Positions 47,711 through 61,800 of a stretch of DNA of 64,000 nt are shown here, in pieces. Source of the DNA: a virus. The position numbers were made by a program, and so were the translations under genes. The stretch lies in the IMG/VR virus record IMGVR_UViG_3300048839_001249, positions 1-64,000 of that record. One strand, 5' to 3'. The notes under the pieces were generated by a model. That model did not search any database. It had not been told where the DNA came from and saw only the letters and a program-made list of their open reading frames with translations. Within the stretch, counting starts at the first letter, position 1. Each line of letters starts with the position of its first letter.

Positions 47711-49836
47711 TGGGAAGGTATTTTAGATCATCGTCACCAAGATACATTGACTTTATGTATGATCTTCCTGAAAGTCAAATGTATAATCTTTTAATGTCAG
47801 TAGACAAAAATGTTGATCAAACATTGAATGATATTGAACAATTAAGATTTAATTATAAAGGAGATACTCAAAATGGATATAATGCTGAGTATCTTCCTGC
47901 TGATGAAGATGCAGCAAAGAAAAGAATAACTGAATTTGAAACAAGCATTGATGAAGTAGCTAAAAAAATACAAGCTAATCCACTAGAATTCAGAAGATTA
48001 AACAGAGATATATCAAGATTGAGAACTGACATTAAATCTGATTTAGCATTTGGTGAACTAGGTACTTATTCAAAACAATTACAAGCAGTAAAAGAATGGA
48101 GAACAAGACAGAAAGATTCTAAGATTGATGCTAATGAAATAGCAAGAATGGAATCTGCAATGATGAGAGAATGGAATGAAAAAGGTGGAACAAACTATGA
48201 TAGGGAAACTGGTAATCATATTCCTATTACTTCATTCTTAGAAGATATTGCTCCCGGAGATATTCGTAAATCAGCATTAACCTATGGTAAAGAGATAAAG
48301 AATAATACAGATAAAAATCATATTGCAAGTACAACATTAACTGCATTATTAACAGATGAAGATGTTGATAAGTATTTAAGACAGCAATGGAAATATGGAT
48401 TGTTATTAACATCAGTTACAGGAATAGATAAAAGTGGCAGTAAAGTAACAAGACAATTAACATTTGATGAAGCTAAGTTAATGGACTTGACAAGAGAAGC
48501 TGCTCTGGCTGCAGAAATTTATTATAAGAAACCTACAAGTAGTGGTAGAGGTGGTAGTGGAAGCAGCAAAGATAATGAGGGTTGGCCTCAAGCACCTTAC
48601 TATGGTAACACAATTAATTTACCATCAGCAGCACAAAGCTTGATGAGTAGTGATTATAATCGAGATGGTAATGGTAATCTGATAGGTGATGATTATGCTA
48701 GTTTTAAAGCTGCAAGAGATAAAAGAGAAAAGGAACTTAAAACTAAATATACTGATGATCAGCTTAAACTAATGGATGCAAGAGGTGATCAATTATTTGA
48801 TCTTACAGAAGAAAAAATAAATTCTCAAGTAATTGATGCTATATACAACGACATTGAATCATCATCAAGAAGAGCAGATGGTACTATTGATGAAAATCTT
48901 GCTAATAGTAAATTTAATGAACTGAAAAAAGGAAGAGATGTTAATATTGAAAGTACATGGTACAAGGAAGGTGTAAGTGAACAAGAAGCTAAAGATATGA
49001 TTGCATCTGTATCTGATGCAGTTAATCAGTTTGATCAATGGAAAGAAGCATCTTTATTGTCAACAATTCCTAGCATGAATAATAGGACACTTGAAGACAT
49101 GGTTAATAGAGGTGATCTTAAATACAAAGATAATAGTGCTACTCGTATCCAAAATATAAAAGATGCATTTCAGGGTAATATTACTAAAGATGCTAATGAA
49201 GCAGAGATAGTTAACATTGGACAAGATGGTACTGTATCATTTACAACATTAGATAATAGTCATGCGTTAATTGAAATAAAAAGAGATAATGGTTATGTAA
49301 GATTATATAGAAATAAAAAAGAAGATACACAATCGGCATTGCAAATTACAGCAGACCCATCAAAAGGTTTTTCTAATTTGGAAATTGAAGCTGATAAAGT
49401 TGCACCTACAAATAATCCAAATCAATATGGTCAAATGATGTGGAGAGTACCAGTTAAATATAATGGTAAAAATGGTATTGAAACTGGTGCTGTTTTTATA
49501 CCTTTTAATGATACTCCGGGATTTGGTATTTACAATGCTGCAGCCAGTGAGCTTTATGATCCAATGGCAATGAAGGTTAATTCATCAGTTAATTTATTAT
49601 ATACTAATAAAATACCAATAGGTACAGAAATTGAAATTGAAAGATCAAGTAACTTAGGTGTATGGTTTACTAAAATTGGAAAGAATCAATCATTTACAGT
49701 AGATGGAAAAACACAACAAGCTAATGAAGACGGTGTTGTTATGTGGATTTCAGGTAATGGTACTGTAAAAGCTGTAACAGACAAGACAGAACAATTAGGA
49801 TTAATGGAAACTTACTTCAAACAGAAAAATCAATGA
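47710..49836 (+). CDS. putative ejected cargo protein
   Basis: 708 aa; synteny. Confidence 0.6.
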   Translation: MGRYFRSSSPRYIDFMYDLPESQMYNLLMSVDKNVDQTLNDIEQLRFNYKGDTQNGYNAEYLPADEDAAKKRITEFETSIDEVAKKIQANPLEFRRLNRDISRLRTDIKSDLAFGELGTYSKQLQAVKEWRTRQKDSKIDANEIARMESAMMREWNEKGGTNYDRETGNHIPITSFLEDIAPGDIRKSALTYGKEIKNNTDKNHIASTTLTALLTDEDVDKYLRQQWKYGLLLTSVTGIDKSGSKVTRQLTFDEAKLMDLTREAALAAEIYYKKPTSSGRGGSGSSKDNEGWPQAPYYGNTINLPSAAQSLMSSDYNRDGNGNLIGDDYASFKAARDKREKELKTKYTDDQLKLMDARGDQLFDLTEEKINSQVIDAIYNDIESSSRRADGTIDENLANSKFNELKKGRDVNIESTWYKEGVSEQEAKDMIASVSDAVNQFDQWKEASLLSTIPSMNNRTLEDMVNRGDLKYKDNSATRIQNIKDAFQGNITKDANEAEIVNIGQDGTVSFTTLDNSHALIEIKRDNGYVRLYRNKKEDTQSALQITADPSKGFSNLEIEADKVAPTNNPNQYGQMMWRVPVKYNGKNGIETGAVFIPFNDTPGFGIYNAAASELYDPMAMKVNSSVNLLYTNKIPIGTEIEIERSSNLGVWFTKIGKNQSFTVDGKTQQANEDGVVMWISGNGTVKAVTDKTEQLGLMETYFKQKNQ

Positions 49837-52800
49837 GACCAAACTTACATGATTTAATTAAAAATGCTCATGTAGCAAAGGAAGAAAAAAAGGAAGAGCC
49901 TAAACAGCCTTCCTTTATTGCCTCATCCAAAACATTAGATGCTGCAAGTGATACAGTATCAGATGAGTTAACAGAATATAGACAACTCAAAGATGATTTT
50001 TATAAGGCAATAAAAGAACAGCAAGCCATTAATACAGAAGAAAAAATAACTAGTGATATTTCTGCAGGGAAATATTTAGTAAAGGGATGGTATAAAACAA
50101 TGGTTAATGGTGGTCTGCTTTTACCACAAATGGTTTTAGGTAGTCCTGATGCATTTAAAGATTTTGCTCTTGGTGCATTATCAACAACACCAGAAGATAT
50201 TGTAAATTATGCGTTTGAAGCATACAGATTTCTTCATGGTGTGGATGAAAAAGATGTACAGGAATTTGAAGCAAGAAAAAATACATTTGCTAGTTTAGCA
50301 AAAGCTACATCAGATAAGTTAAATCCTGTAAACATGATAGCTTCTTCACTTGATAGTCAAGGAAGTGAATCATTGTTTAGTTTGAAAGATAGTGATCTTG
50401 ATAAAGCAATTGAAAATATACCTGAGTTTCTTAAAAATGATTTTAGTATTAGCCCAATAGGTACAGTTGCTAATCTATTACTTCCAGAAGGACAAAGATG
50501 GGATAAAAATACAGTACAGCATCTTGCTGATATACAAGCAAATTTTAATGCAAGACAATATGAAGAAACTCCTATAGATTCAGTATTTGATAAATCTGTA
50601 TGGGGAAATGAAAATCTTGGTATCATAGAAAAGTTAAGTCAGGGTATTGCATATAGTTCACTTGATCCTACAAAAAGAGAGTCATTGATCTATCTATTAA
50701 ATACAGCACCAGAAGGTGTAGCAAGTTTGGCTGCATCCATATCACAAATGGCACTTACTGGTAATGCATTAAAGCTTGCAGGAGTACCAGCAAATCTTAT
50801 AAAAAAGATACAAGCAGTAAGTGGTTCAGTAGGTGAAGCAACTGTTATTGCAAAAGATGTTGAAAACAAAATTAAAGAACAAAAACTAGAAGAGCTTGTT
50901 GGTGAAGATTGGAAAAAGGCAAGTGAACAAGCATTTGAACAAGCATTTCAAGAAGCTAAAGCAAATGGTGAAAATGATAGATTTGCAGAAGAAGCTGGTA
51001 ATCAAGCTAAAAGAGAATTAATTAATCAATTTCTTGCATCAGAAGATAATGCTGATATTCGTAGAAAAGTAGAAGATGCTGCATTTAGAGGAAGGAATAT
51101 TACAGTAGGTATTAACTTACTTACTACTGGTACAAATTATATTCAGGTATCTACTACATTAAAAAATCTTGAAAGACTTGGTACTAAAGTAGGTATTAAT
51201 GCAGCACAGGAAACAATAGAAGGTGGTACAAGAAATATCTTAGCAAAGCCTTTTGTAATTGGCACAAGTAATTTATATAATGCAAAAGCTACACTCAAAA
51301 ATCTTGGTATAGGATTAGAAAACTTTGGAACAGAAGCAATTGAAGAAGGTCTTATTAATCCCATGGCTGAAAGGTTTGGTATAGAATTAGGCATGGATCG
51401 TGAATATAGAATGGGTGACTTTTGGAAAGAAGTAAAGGCAGGTGAATATCTTGATGATGCTTTTTGGGGTGGTATATTTGGACATGGTGCTTATCATGGT
51501 GGTGCTGCAGCTAATTCAATAAAAGGTGCATTTTCTTATAAAAGCAGAAAAAAAGCTTATGAAGCACAACAAGAAATTCTTAAACAGTGGGATAAGATAA
51601 GTAAAGCAGCAGGTACAGATTTACTTAGTGAACTTGTTAATCTTAATGATAATATACATACCATCGCTAAACTTGATAGAGCAGCAAAGAAAGCAGAACA
51701 AGAAGGAAACATTGAATTAGCAAAATCAATTGAAGAAAGAAAGATAACTGTACAAGCAGGTAAAGCATTTAAATCTGGTACTACTGAAAAATTACTTGAG
51801 GCATATCAGACAATTGCTGATAATACTGAGAATACACAAATCAGAGATCATGCTTTAAATGCTATTCAGAAAGTTAAGAAACTGGAAAAGTTATACACCA
51901 ATGCTGCAAAGAAAGAATACTTGAATGTAGAAGAAGTATTCATGAATACTGCACAGAATGATCAGTTAAATAATAATCTTAATGAAATGAATCTTATGTT
52001 GCGGCAGGCAAAAGCATCTGCTGAACAAGTACTTACAAGTATTCAAAAAGATTATAATGCTATATTTGCTATAACAGAGAATGGTATTGTATTCGATGGG
52101 GAACAGAAACAAGAATTTAAAGATGCTGTATTAAATGATGCAGCTATTTCTCAATTTCAAAAGATATTCATAGCAAAAGAAATACTTTCTGCAGCTATTA
52201 CTAAAAACCTACAATCATTTGCTAAGATAACATCTAAAGGTTATCAACAAGAAATTCAAAGAATAAATGAAGTTGCAAGTTCTATCAGAAGAAATAAAAA
52301 TCTTTTTACACTAGAAGATAAAAAAGATTTTATGAGAGAAGTTGAATTAGTCATGGCTCAGAAAAATCTGAAAGAAGTTAATAAAGAACAGATAAGAAAA
52401 GTGTTTGCTAAAGAATATGATGTATTCAATGTACAAAAACAATTAGTAGAATCTCTTGCAGCCAGATCAAAAAACAAAGATGCAACACCACCCAAGAAAG
52501 GTATTGCTAGTGTTTTTTCAAAGTTTAGAAATAGAATAGAAGCTAAACGCAAAAAGAAAAGTCATCTTTCAGTAGCTAAGAAAGAAAAGGTAGATATGTT
52601 ACCTGCTGAACTTGATGAAGAAATGGATGATGCTACCAAACAAGTAATCAAAGAACAGATGGCAGAATTAATTTCAAATGAAGGAGATAATCCAACATTT
52701 GAACAATTAATTAATACAGCCATACAATCATTGGAAGGTGAAACAGCAGAAGATACTAAAAAAACAATAGAAGAAGATTTTAATGTTTATGTATTAGGAT

Positions 52801-55800
52801 GGAGATTAAATAATAAAGAATTAACAGATGAAGAAGCTGTAAGAGTATATAACAAGTTTTTTACAAAGAGAACAAGATTATCTACTTCAATAACTAAAAA
52901 AGCTAAGAAGACACAACAAGAGAAGACAGAACCACCAATAGAACTAGAAAAAGTTATAGGACAAGAAATTGCTAATGAAGTTGTTACAGAACAAGAAATC
53001 AAAAAACCTGTTAATCCTGTTGCAGTACAAAGACTAGGTATTCCTACTGTTGCATGGATTACAGTTGATGATATTATTGAAGGAAAAGATAGTAACGATA
53101 TTATTAGTCATAGATTAGCTGATCCAACAAGAAATAATCCCGGTGATCCTGTAACTGTTGTTGCTTATAATGAACAAGAAGAAAAAGGTAATTACAAAGG
53201 GAAAATAACATTTCCTAATGGTAAGAAAGGAAATATATTTACATTTTGGGAAAACAAACTTTCACCAAGGACATCACATAGTGTAACTGGAACTGAAGAT
53301 TCAAGTTCTACTACTACTGTTAAAGAAAGAGGTAATAAAATAACTTTTGAAGAAAAGCATAAAGTAAGCAATAATAAAAAAGTCATAAAGCTTTACAAGA
53401 CTTATGATAATAAAAAAGACAAAATTACTGAACATTTTTTGGTAAAAGATGATCAGGATGTTGCTACACTCAATGCTGATAATATTCAAGAAGTACGTTT
53501 ATATAGTATTAATTTATCTGATACAGGAGAAGCAGTTCTTAAATTAAAAATTATTCATAATGATGATACTACTGAAACTAAAGATATAGTTACATACAAT
53601 GATAAAAATAATTATCAACCATTATTAATAAAAGACAGTGAAGGAAATAATCTTGCATGGGTAGCTTCACCTAAATATACAGCAATGGATAGAGCTACAA
53701 TGTTAAGAACTGCTGAGTTTCGTAGAAAAGTCATAAATGCAGGTGGAACTTTTCAAACTACAATTGCTAAGAAGATACCACAAAGTCAGGGTGGTGTAGT
53801 ACATAGTCATACAATAAACAATACACCATTATCAGAAGTATGTCCTACTGCAATACCTACTGTATATAAAGATGGTGCATTTAGAATTGGTGAAGAAAGT
53901 TTTGAAAACGAAGAAAGAGTTATTACTAACCTTGATCGTATAAATCCTAGTAGTGGATATACTTATGATATGAGGTTAATAGGTTATAATGAAAAAGGAC
54001 AACAAGAATATATTGCTTGTGCTAACAAAATGATGCCAGAGTTAGCACCAGAAGCATTTTCTACAGTAATGTGGGTATTGAAAACTTATCTATCAAAACA
54101 TGATAAAAATCAATCATTAAGCTCAGAAATTACCAAAGAACAATCACAGAAAATAATAGATTTCTTTAAAAAGAATTTTAAGATTGATGTTACATCACAG
54201 AATGGACTTGAACAAATACTTTCAATGTTTATTAATCTTGGAAGTGCTGCTACAAGAGAAAAAACACAACTGAGTGATGGTAATATTTCACCCAAAAGAT
54301 TTGAAGAATATCTTAATTCTCAACCAAAAGGTAAGCCTGTATTACTTATGAGTAATACTAATTTGTTTTTTGGTGTTGCAGGTCAAAAAATAAATGGAGA
54401 AAATTATGTTATTCTTTCTACAGGTACAGCAGAAAAGGGATTAGACAGGGTTAGTGTAAATAGAATAAAAGCTGCAATGCAAGCATTAGTAGCTACAGGA
54501 TCAAAATTACCTTTAAGTAATAATATAAAAATGGCAGGTAATGAAATGCCTATGCCAATAATTGATAATAATGGTAATCCTTCAACAAAAGGTAAATATT
54601 CTGATTGGTTAAAAACAAGACTTCTTACTACTACAAGAGCCACAAAACTTAAATGGAAAGATAAAGATGGTAATGATATTTATACATCAAGACATACTGC
54701 TGTTATTGAACTTAACGAGGAACAAGCAATACCAGTAAAACCAACAGAAAGAATTGAACCTAAACCTGATGATGAGTCTTTAATAGAAGAGAAAACACAA
54801 GATGAGATTACATTAATTAAGAAGCTACAGGTTGCATTTACAGAACTTGGCATAACTGATTTAAATTCGTTGCTTGATACAGTTGATTATCTACCAGAAA
54901 GTCAAGAAGATGCATTTTTAAGAACTGTAAATCCTATTCCAGGAGTAAACTTACAGCAATTACATGAAATGGTTAATAACCTTTTCAATAGAGTTGTATC
55001 AGAACATAACAATGAGAGATTTACAGATGAGCAGATCAGGTCATACACTAAAGGAAAAGAATTATTTGAAAAACATATACTTCCAACAAGGGAAAAATAT
55101 ATAAAGCTTATACAGGAAGTTACTCAATTATATGAAACTGATCCTGTTAAATATTCTAATTTTTCGTTTATATTAATGTCTATTCAAAATAGACTTAATA
55201 TATATGATGTTATTGAAGAACATTTTTCAGAAGTAGAAACAAGAGTTGCTGAAAGACTTCGTAAATATTCAGGTATCAAAATAGAAGGAGAAGATCAAAC
55301 TGGTGATGAACAAGACAAAGTTTATTCTAAATCATCAGAAGAAAATCTATTAAAAGATAGTATTACATCAGAACTCAGAAGATTTTTTGCTGGTATAACA
55401 GATGTTAATGAAAAAGGTACTGTATATGGGTTTTTAGGTTTAGAAAATCATGTTAATTTTAATAAAGCTTTTGATACAGTAGCATCAATACTTGGTACTG
55501 CTCCAACATCAAGTATGAATTTTACTGATGCAATTAATATCCTTTCAGAATATACTGACGCATATCCATGGATGGAAGGATTTATTAATAAGATTAAAGA
55601 TGCAGATGAACAAATGAAGAATATGTTCATCTACAATTGTGTTAACCAAAATCTCAATATGAAATTCTTAATGTATTATTGGGAAAAAGGTCAACTTCAA
55701 ACAAGAGTATATGATACCAATTCCAGTGAGATCAGCAATATTATTAGAGATGGATGGGTATCTGGATTTATGAAATCTGATCTTGTCAAATATGAAAAAT

Positions 55801-58800
55801 CAATTGATGAAAATGTAATTAATAAAGCAAAAGCTCAAGAACTAGTAGACAAGTTTAATACATGGAAAGACAAACATCCATCAAATGATGAACTCATTCT
55901 TTGGCTTTCAGAAGTAGGTATTACACTTTCAGATCAAACAATCAATCAAATTAGAGAATATGGTTTAGATTTAAATGGTAGAGTACTATCATTTAATGAT
56001 ATGTTTGGTGATAGTGAAAAAAGTGCTGGACTATTTGGTGGTATAGCTTATAAATTAAAATTACAAGCTAAACAAGAACGAACAATTATAGATGAAAAAG
56101 GAAATGAAATTCCTTTCTCTAATATTAAAAACACTATAAAGGAAATTGCAAAAATAGAAGCTAAGTTTTCTAACAGAACTGTTACAATTTCTTTCAGGGA
56201 TGGTGATAAATCTATATCTGGTTTAATACCAATGAGGTTTGCATCAGATAAGATACAAGCATTAAAATGGAATATAGAAGAAAGGAACAAAATGTTGAAT
56301 GATCCTTTCTCCAGACATTCAATGTTACTTAATCTTATTAATAGAAGTAATGATGTAAGAGATGCAGTATATGTTAATCAGCTTGGAGTAACAGCAATGA
56401 AGACAAGAGGACAGTCTTCTGATAGTATATCCATTACTGATTTATCAGCAGAAGATCAGGAGTTTGTACAACTTGGATTCTTTTGGGATAGAAGACAGGG
56501 AAAAGTACCAGTAAGTTACTGGACATCAGGAAGAAAAAATACATCTATTCCATTAAGAATGGCTAATATGTTTTTTCCTGTCATGAGTGATAAGTCACAA
56601 ATGTTATCAATGTATATGCCTGTACTTGATCTCAATAGTGCACATTTTAAAACAACTGAAAATGGTAAAATAATTATTCATGATGATGTTCTTGCAATAT
56701 TATTTGAACAATTAGTAAGACCTGAATTAGGAAGAATAATAGAAAATGCTAAAAAATTAAAATCAGGAAGTGAATCTAATTGTGCAGGTTATGATTTAGG
56801 TGCTCAAATATTTCAAATGATTCCAGAACTTAATAATGTAACTGTTACAGTAGAAGGAAGGGAAGTATCATTAGTAAAACTATTAAATGAAAATCCAGAA
56901 GCATATCCTGAATCATGGGTATTAAATGATCCACAAGCAAAAGAAAGAATTAACAATGTATTACTTGATCTTATTGATAAGGAAGTTAATAGTAAGTTAG
57001 AAGATTGGAAGAGAATAGGAATAACAAAAGAAAATAAACTGGATGGTAGTCAAGAAGTAGCAAAAATAAGTGGTGAATATTTATCAGAAACAGGATTTAC
57101 TGATCTTAAACATATTGCTGCTGACTTTGTGATTAATAATCTAATATCCATGTCAAATATATTTCAGCTTGTTGCTGGTGATTTGGCTTTTTATTCTCAG
57201 GATAAACTATACAATGATTTTGGATATAATAAAGATTTAACAAGAGGCATTGTCGGATTTGAAAATATTAATTCTTATGCTGATCTTCAAGAAGCATTAA
57301 AGTCAGAAAGAGAAAGTCTTACTGATGAACAATACAATTATATAAAAAGTAATGCAAAGCCATTGGCTTATGAACCAACATCAAAAAATGCCTATGTCAA
57401 GCTCTCAGAAAGCCTTGGAACTAACTTGGGTAAAAGGTTGGCATTGTTATTGACTCCGGGAAAAAGGATTGCCACATCAAAAAATAATGCCTATATTCAG
57501 GTATTCCTGAATGATGTTGCTGTACCTGCAAGTAATTTCTCATTCCTAATTAAAACCTTTTATGGAAAAGATGCATTGACTGATGAAGTTAAAGAACTGA
57601 TTTCTAATAATGATACAAAAGCAATTGTAAGTTTATTTCCAAAATTAAAAGCTTTTGAAAAAATTGACTCAACAGATGCACAAGAATATACAACATTACT
57701 AGAGCATATTGATGTATTATATGGAAAAGGAAGATTAAGTACTGAGTTATATAACAGAGTAAAAGAAAAAGCATTAAGTCAAATGAAAGATGGACTTAAT
57801 GATAACAACAGGATTGATGATGAAGATTTTAGGCTTATTCTTCAACCAATGAAACCTGTTGCTACTGGAAGCATAATGGATGAGAAAAATAAAAATCAGA
57901 GAATGATCTATATTAAATCATCATCTTTTCCATTATGTGCTCAAATTACAGAAAATACTAACCTTGACAATCTTAGGAAAGTCATGGAAGAAACTCAGTT
58001 GCGTGAAGGAAAATCTGTAAGAGCATGTTACAAAACAGGTGTTAAAGTTGGTGCTACTGTTAGTGGTGTTGATATTTACAAACCTGATCTTTCTGTTGAC
58101 GATTTAATAGGTAGTTCAATTATCATACCTAGAGATAATTTTAAAGTTCAGCAAGATGTACCTGTACATTTTCTTTATGAAAATGAAGACAAAATATTAA
58201 TGGGTACTCAGTTAATGAAATTATTATTTGGTGATGGAGTAACAGAACTTGATATTGAATTTAATGGTAATCCAGTTAAAGGTAGAGAACTATTAAATGT
58301 ATATAATAACACATTTAAACAAATCATAGATACAATAAAGAATGATCTCTTTAAAGAACTTGGATTAAATAAGAATGGTATTCCTGTCAATCAGGAAGAG
58401 TTTATGAGAGCCATTTCTAAAATCTTAAAACGTGAGGCCAAAGAAAGAGGATATTCACAACAAAGTATTGATTCTCTTAGCATCAAAGCTCAGGTTGATG
58501 ATTTTGGGATGATAACAGATTTTACTTTTGTGTCTCCATTATGGTCTTCTTCTGATAGTATGAGATTTGAATCATTACTTAATTCTATAATTACTAAACG
58601 ATTAATCAAACTTAAATTACCCGGATATAGTTATGTAGCTGGTAGTCAAACAGGATTTGAGAAAAAATCAGAAGAAGATATTACAAATAAATCTGATATT
58701 ATCTATACTAAATTCTATGATGGTAAAGGATTAAAACCAAAAGATGAAAATGGTAATGCACAAGTATTTTTACCATCAAGATTTAGAGATACTACTGGTA

Positions 58801-61800
58801 AATTAATTGATCTTTTTGCACAGAATGAAGATGGATATATTTACATAGAAAAAGATGAAAATGGAAACTGGAAATTAAAAGATGGAAAGATTGCTGATGA
58901 ACTTTTGAGTATTCCTACATTTCGTATTCCTACATCATCATTAGTATCATCATCTTTTGTTACAATAGCAGGATTTCTTCCTGTTACATCAGGTGACTTG
59001 ATGATTGTACCAAAAGAGCTTATTACTCAGAAAGGACTTGACTTTGATATTGATAAAGAATATGGTTATCATTTATGGCATTATACTGATGAACAAGGAA
59101 ATATAGCACCTATTGAACAGTTAACCACATTAGAAAATCTTGATGATTTTATCAGTAGTGGTCAAGAATGGTTAGGACAAGTAAAAAGAGCAGTGTCTAA
59201 AGATCAGTACATGCTAAAGAAAATTCAAGAAATGGAAGAAGAAAATTCTGTTCTTGATGAGTTAGATGAAGAAGAAATGTATGATGTAGAAGATATTATG
59301 GAAGAGTTTGATAACTTTCTCCATAAAAAATCAAATTACAGCATGCAAGACATAGAAAAAGGTATTAAAGATTTAAAGTACGCAAAGTCATTAAAAAGAA
59401 AGCTTCTCGAAAATCAAATAATCAGAATACATAATGCTGTAATATCAAGTAAAAATCCTGAAATAGAAAGAAAAGTTAATTCAGTTCTATCAATGGAATT
59501 TGCTAAACAACAAGCAAGTATGCTTGAACAAGAAGATAAAGGATTTACAACTATACTTAGTGATAGATACCAAAGAAAAAAAATGAATTTGGGAAGTGCT
59601 GGTAAAATGGGTATTGGTGTATATTCTAATGCAGTAACATTAAATTCACTTATTCAACAATCAGATTCACCTATTTCATTAATTGTAAATACTGATGAAG
59701 GTAAATTACCATTAAGATTAAAAATAGGTAATCATGAATTTAATGGTAATCTTGGAAGATATATATCTATCATTCAGTCAGGTCAGTTAAATGAAATATT
59801 TAAATTAATAACTGATGAAAAGTTAAGACAAAGAATTAGAGATGGTAAAATATCATTAACTGAATTATCAAAAGTTATAGATAATGCTGGTGGAAATTCT
59901 ACAATATTATTAAACGGTATAAGAACCATTACAGAAGTTTTTGCTGAACGTCAAAATACTGCTACTGATAATGAAAAAGAACAGATCATGGGTCGTTGTC
60001 ATGTTAATGATATGACAATTAATGTTGACTGTTTATTATCATTAATGGGATTTGATAAAGGAAATGATATTATTGACATAGATGGAAATCAATTACCAGC
60101 ATCAATATCTTATTTGATTTTATCACAACCTGTCATAAAAGAATATGTACAGGAAATGAAGAAAGCAAAATCAAGAACTGGTGCATATGCTAGTGAGGAA
60201 GAAATTATAAATAAAATTTTTGAAAAATATCAGGTTAGTGATAAACAGGTTACTGTAACCAGTTTAGATACACAAACATTATATGATAATATTTTCAAAC
60301 AAACCGCCAGTGATGTTCAGGTTGCAGTATTTAACTTGTTTCTTAATCTTAATGCTACATCAAAAAAAATGGGTAATATCCAAAAGATACTTGGAATTAC
60401 TGGTGGAGGCCCAAATGCAGGATTAGGTAAAAGCATATTTGATACTAATTCAAAATTTAAAAGAATCATTCAATTAGTATCAAATCAGAATGATAATGAA
60501 ATACATATAGCTAATGTTAAAAAACTCATAGGTGATTTTATCCATATAAAAGATTTAGAAACATTTGGAGATGAAAAGTCTGATAATCCTATTGCAATAG
60601 CTAGAGCAGAAGGTTACATTGATTTTGGTGAATATATGATAAAACCAACAACAGCAATTGGTCACATGATTGTTAATAGTGTGCAAATTGGATATGATAC
60701 ATGGAATCAATTCTTTCCTTTTGAACATCCAGTAATTAACAAAATCATGGATGAGATAATGAGATTGCAAAAAAGTGATACTACAAAATGGGGAGATGCT
60801 AAAATTATCGAACTTAAAAGAAAGATTATTAAAGAAATACAGAAAATGCTATTCTCAAATCCTGATTATGGTGTTATATCAGGTAATTCAACAACAGAAA
60901 GGAGAAGGCTTTTTAAAGATACTGAGGATAAACCATCATTAGCAAGTTATTTACAGAAACTTGTTGATGATAAAAATCCTGAAATCATAGCAAATGAACT
61001 TATTAAGAAAATGAAGTTTGACATTAAACCTAATAAGATAGCAGATGTATCAAGAATTATATTTGATAATACAGTAGAGAATGATTTTGATGAAGAGTAT
61101 TTACATAATTCATTTTATGATTTACTTTATAATGAAAGACCACTTCCTGATAATATATCATTTGATCCCGGAATAAAACATGCTGAAAATCCAATGACAT
61201 TTGGAAAGAACAGTTCAGAATTAATTGTTGCAGGAAAAAAGAAGTTAGATATAAGAGAATCTCATAATGAAGAATTTGTACAAGGTGAACCATTAATTCA
61301 GATTATTAATGGTCAAAGATATAAGATCACATATCTTGGAAATATTAATCAGAATGATCTGAATATACATTCAGGTAAATCTGTAAGTATTAACAATGAA
61401 CTTGGTAAATCACAATTAAATCCTATAGAAGCAAAATTTGCACAAGGAGAATCAAAACATGTATATAAGATTGAAGCTGTATATACTACAACTCAATTAG
61501 CTAAAGACCTCATTGCATATTCTTATCTCAGTGGTGGTATTCAAGGAGCTATTGAATTTATAAAGTACATACCATTAAGTTATCTTGAAACATCAGGTTT
61601 ATTATCCGCAATGAGAGAATTTGATATTAATGATGATAATACATTTGCTAATGAATTAGGAACAACAATTGATGGTATTTTGAGTAAAATGACTGTTCAA
61701 TATTATCAGCATAATCCAGAAGAACTTCCTACAATGTCATTGAAAGATGCTGGACTTAGTGCTGTACCAGTTGATGAAATATTCAGTTTTGCATCTAAAA

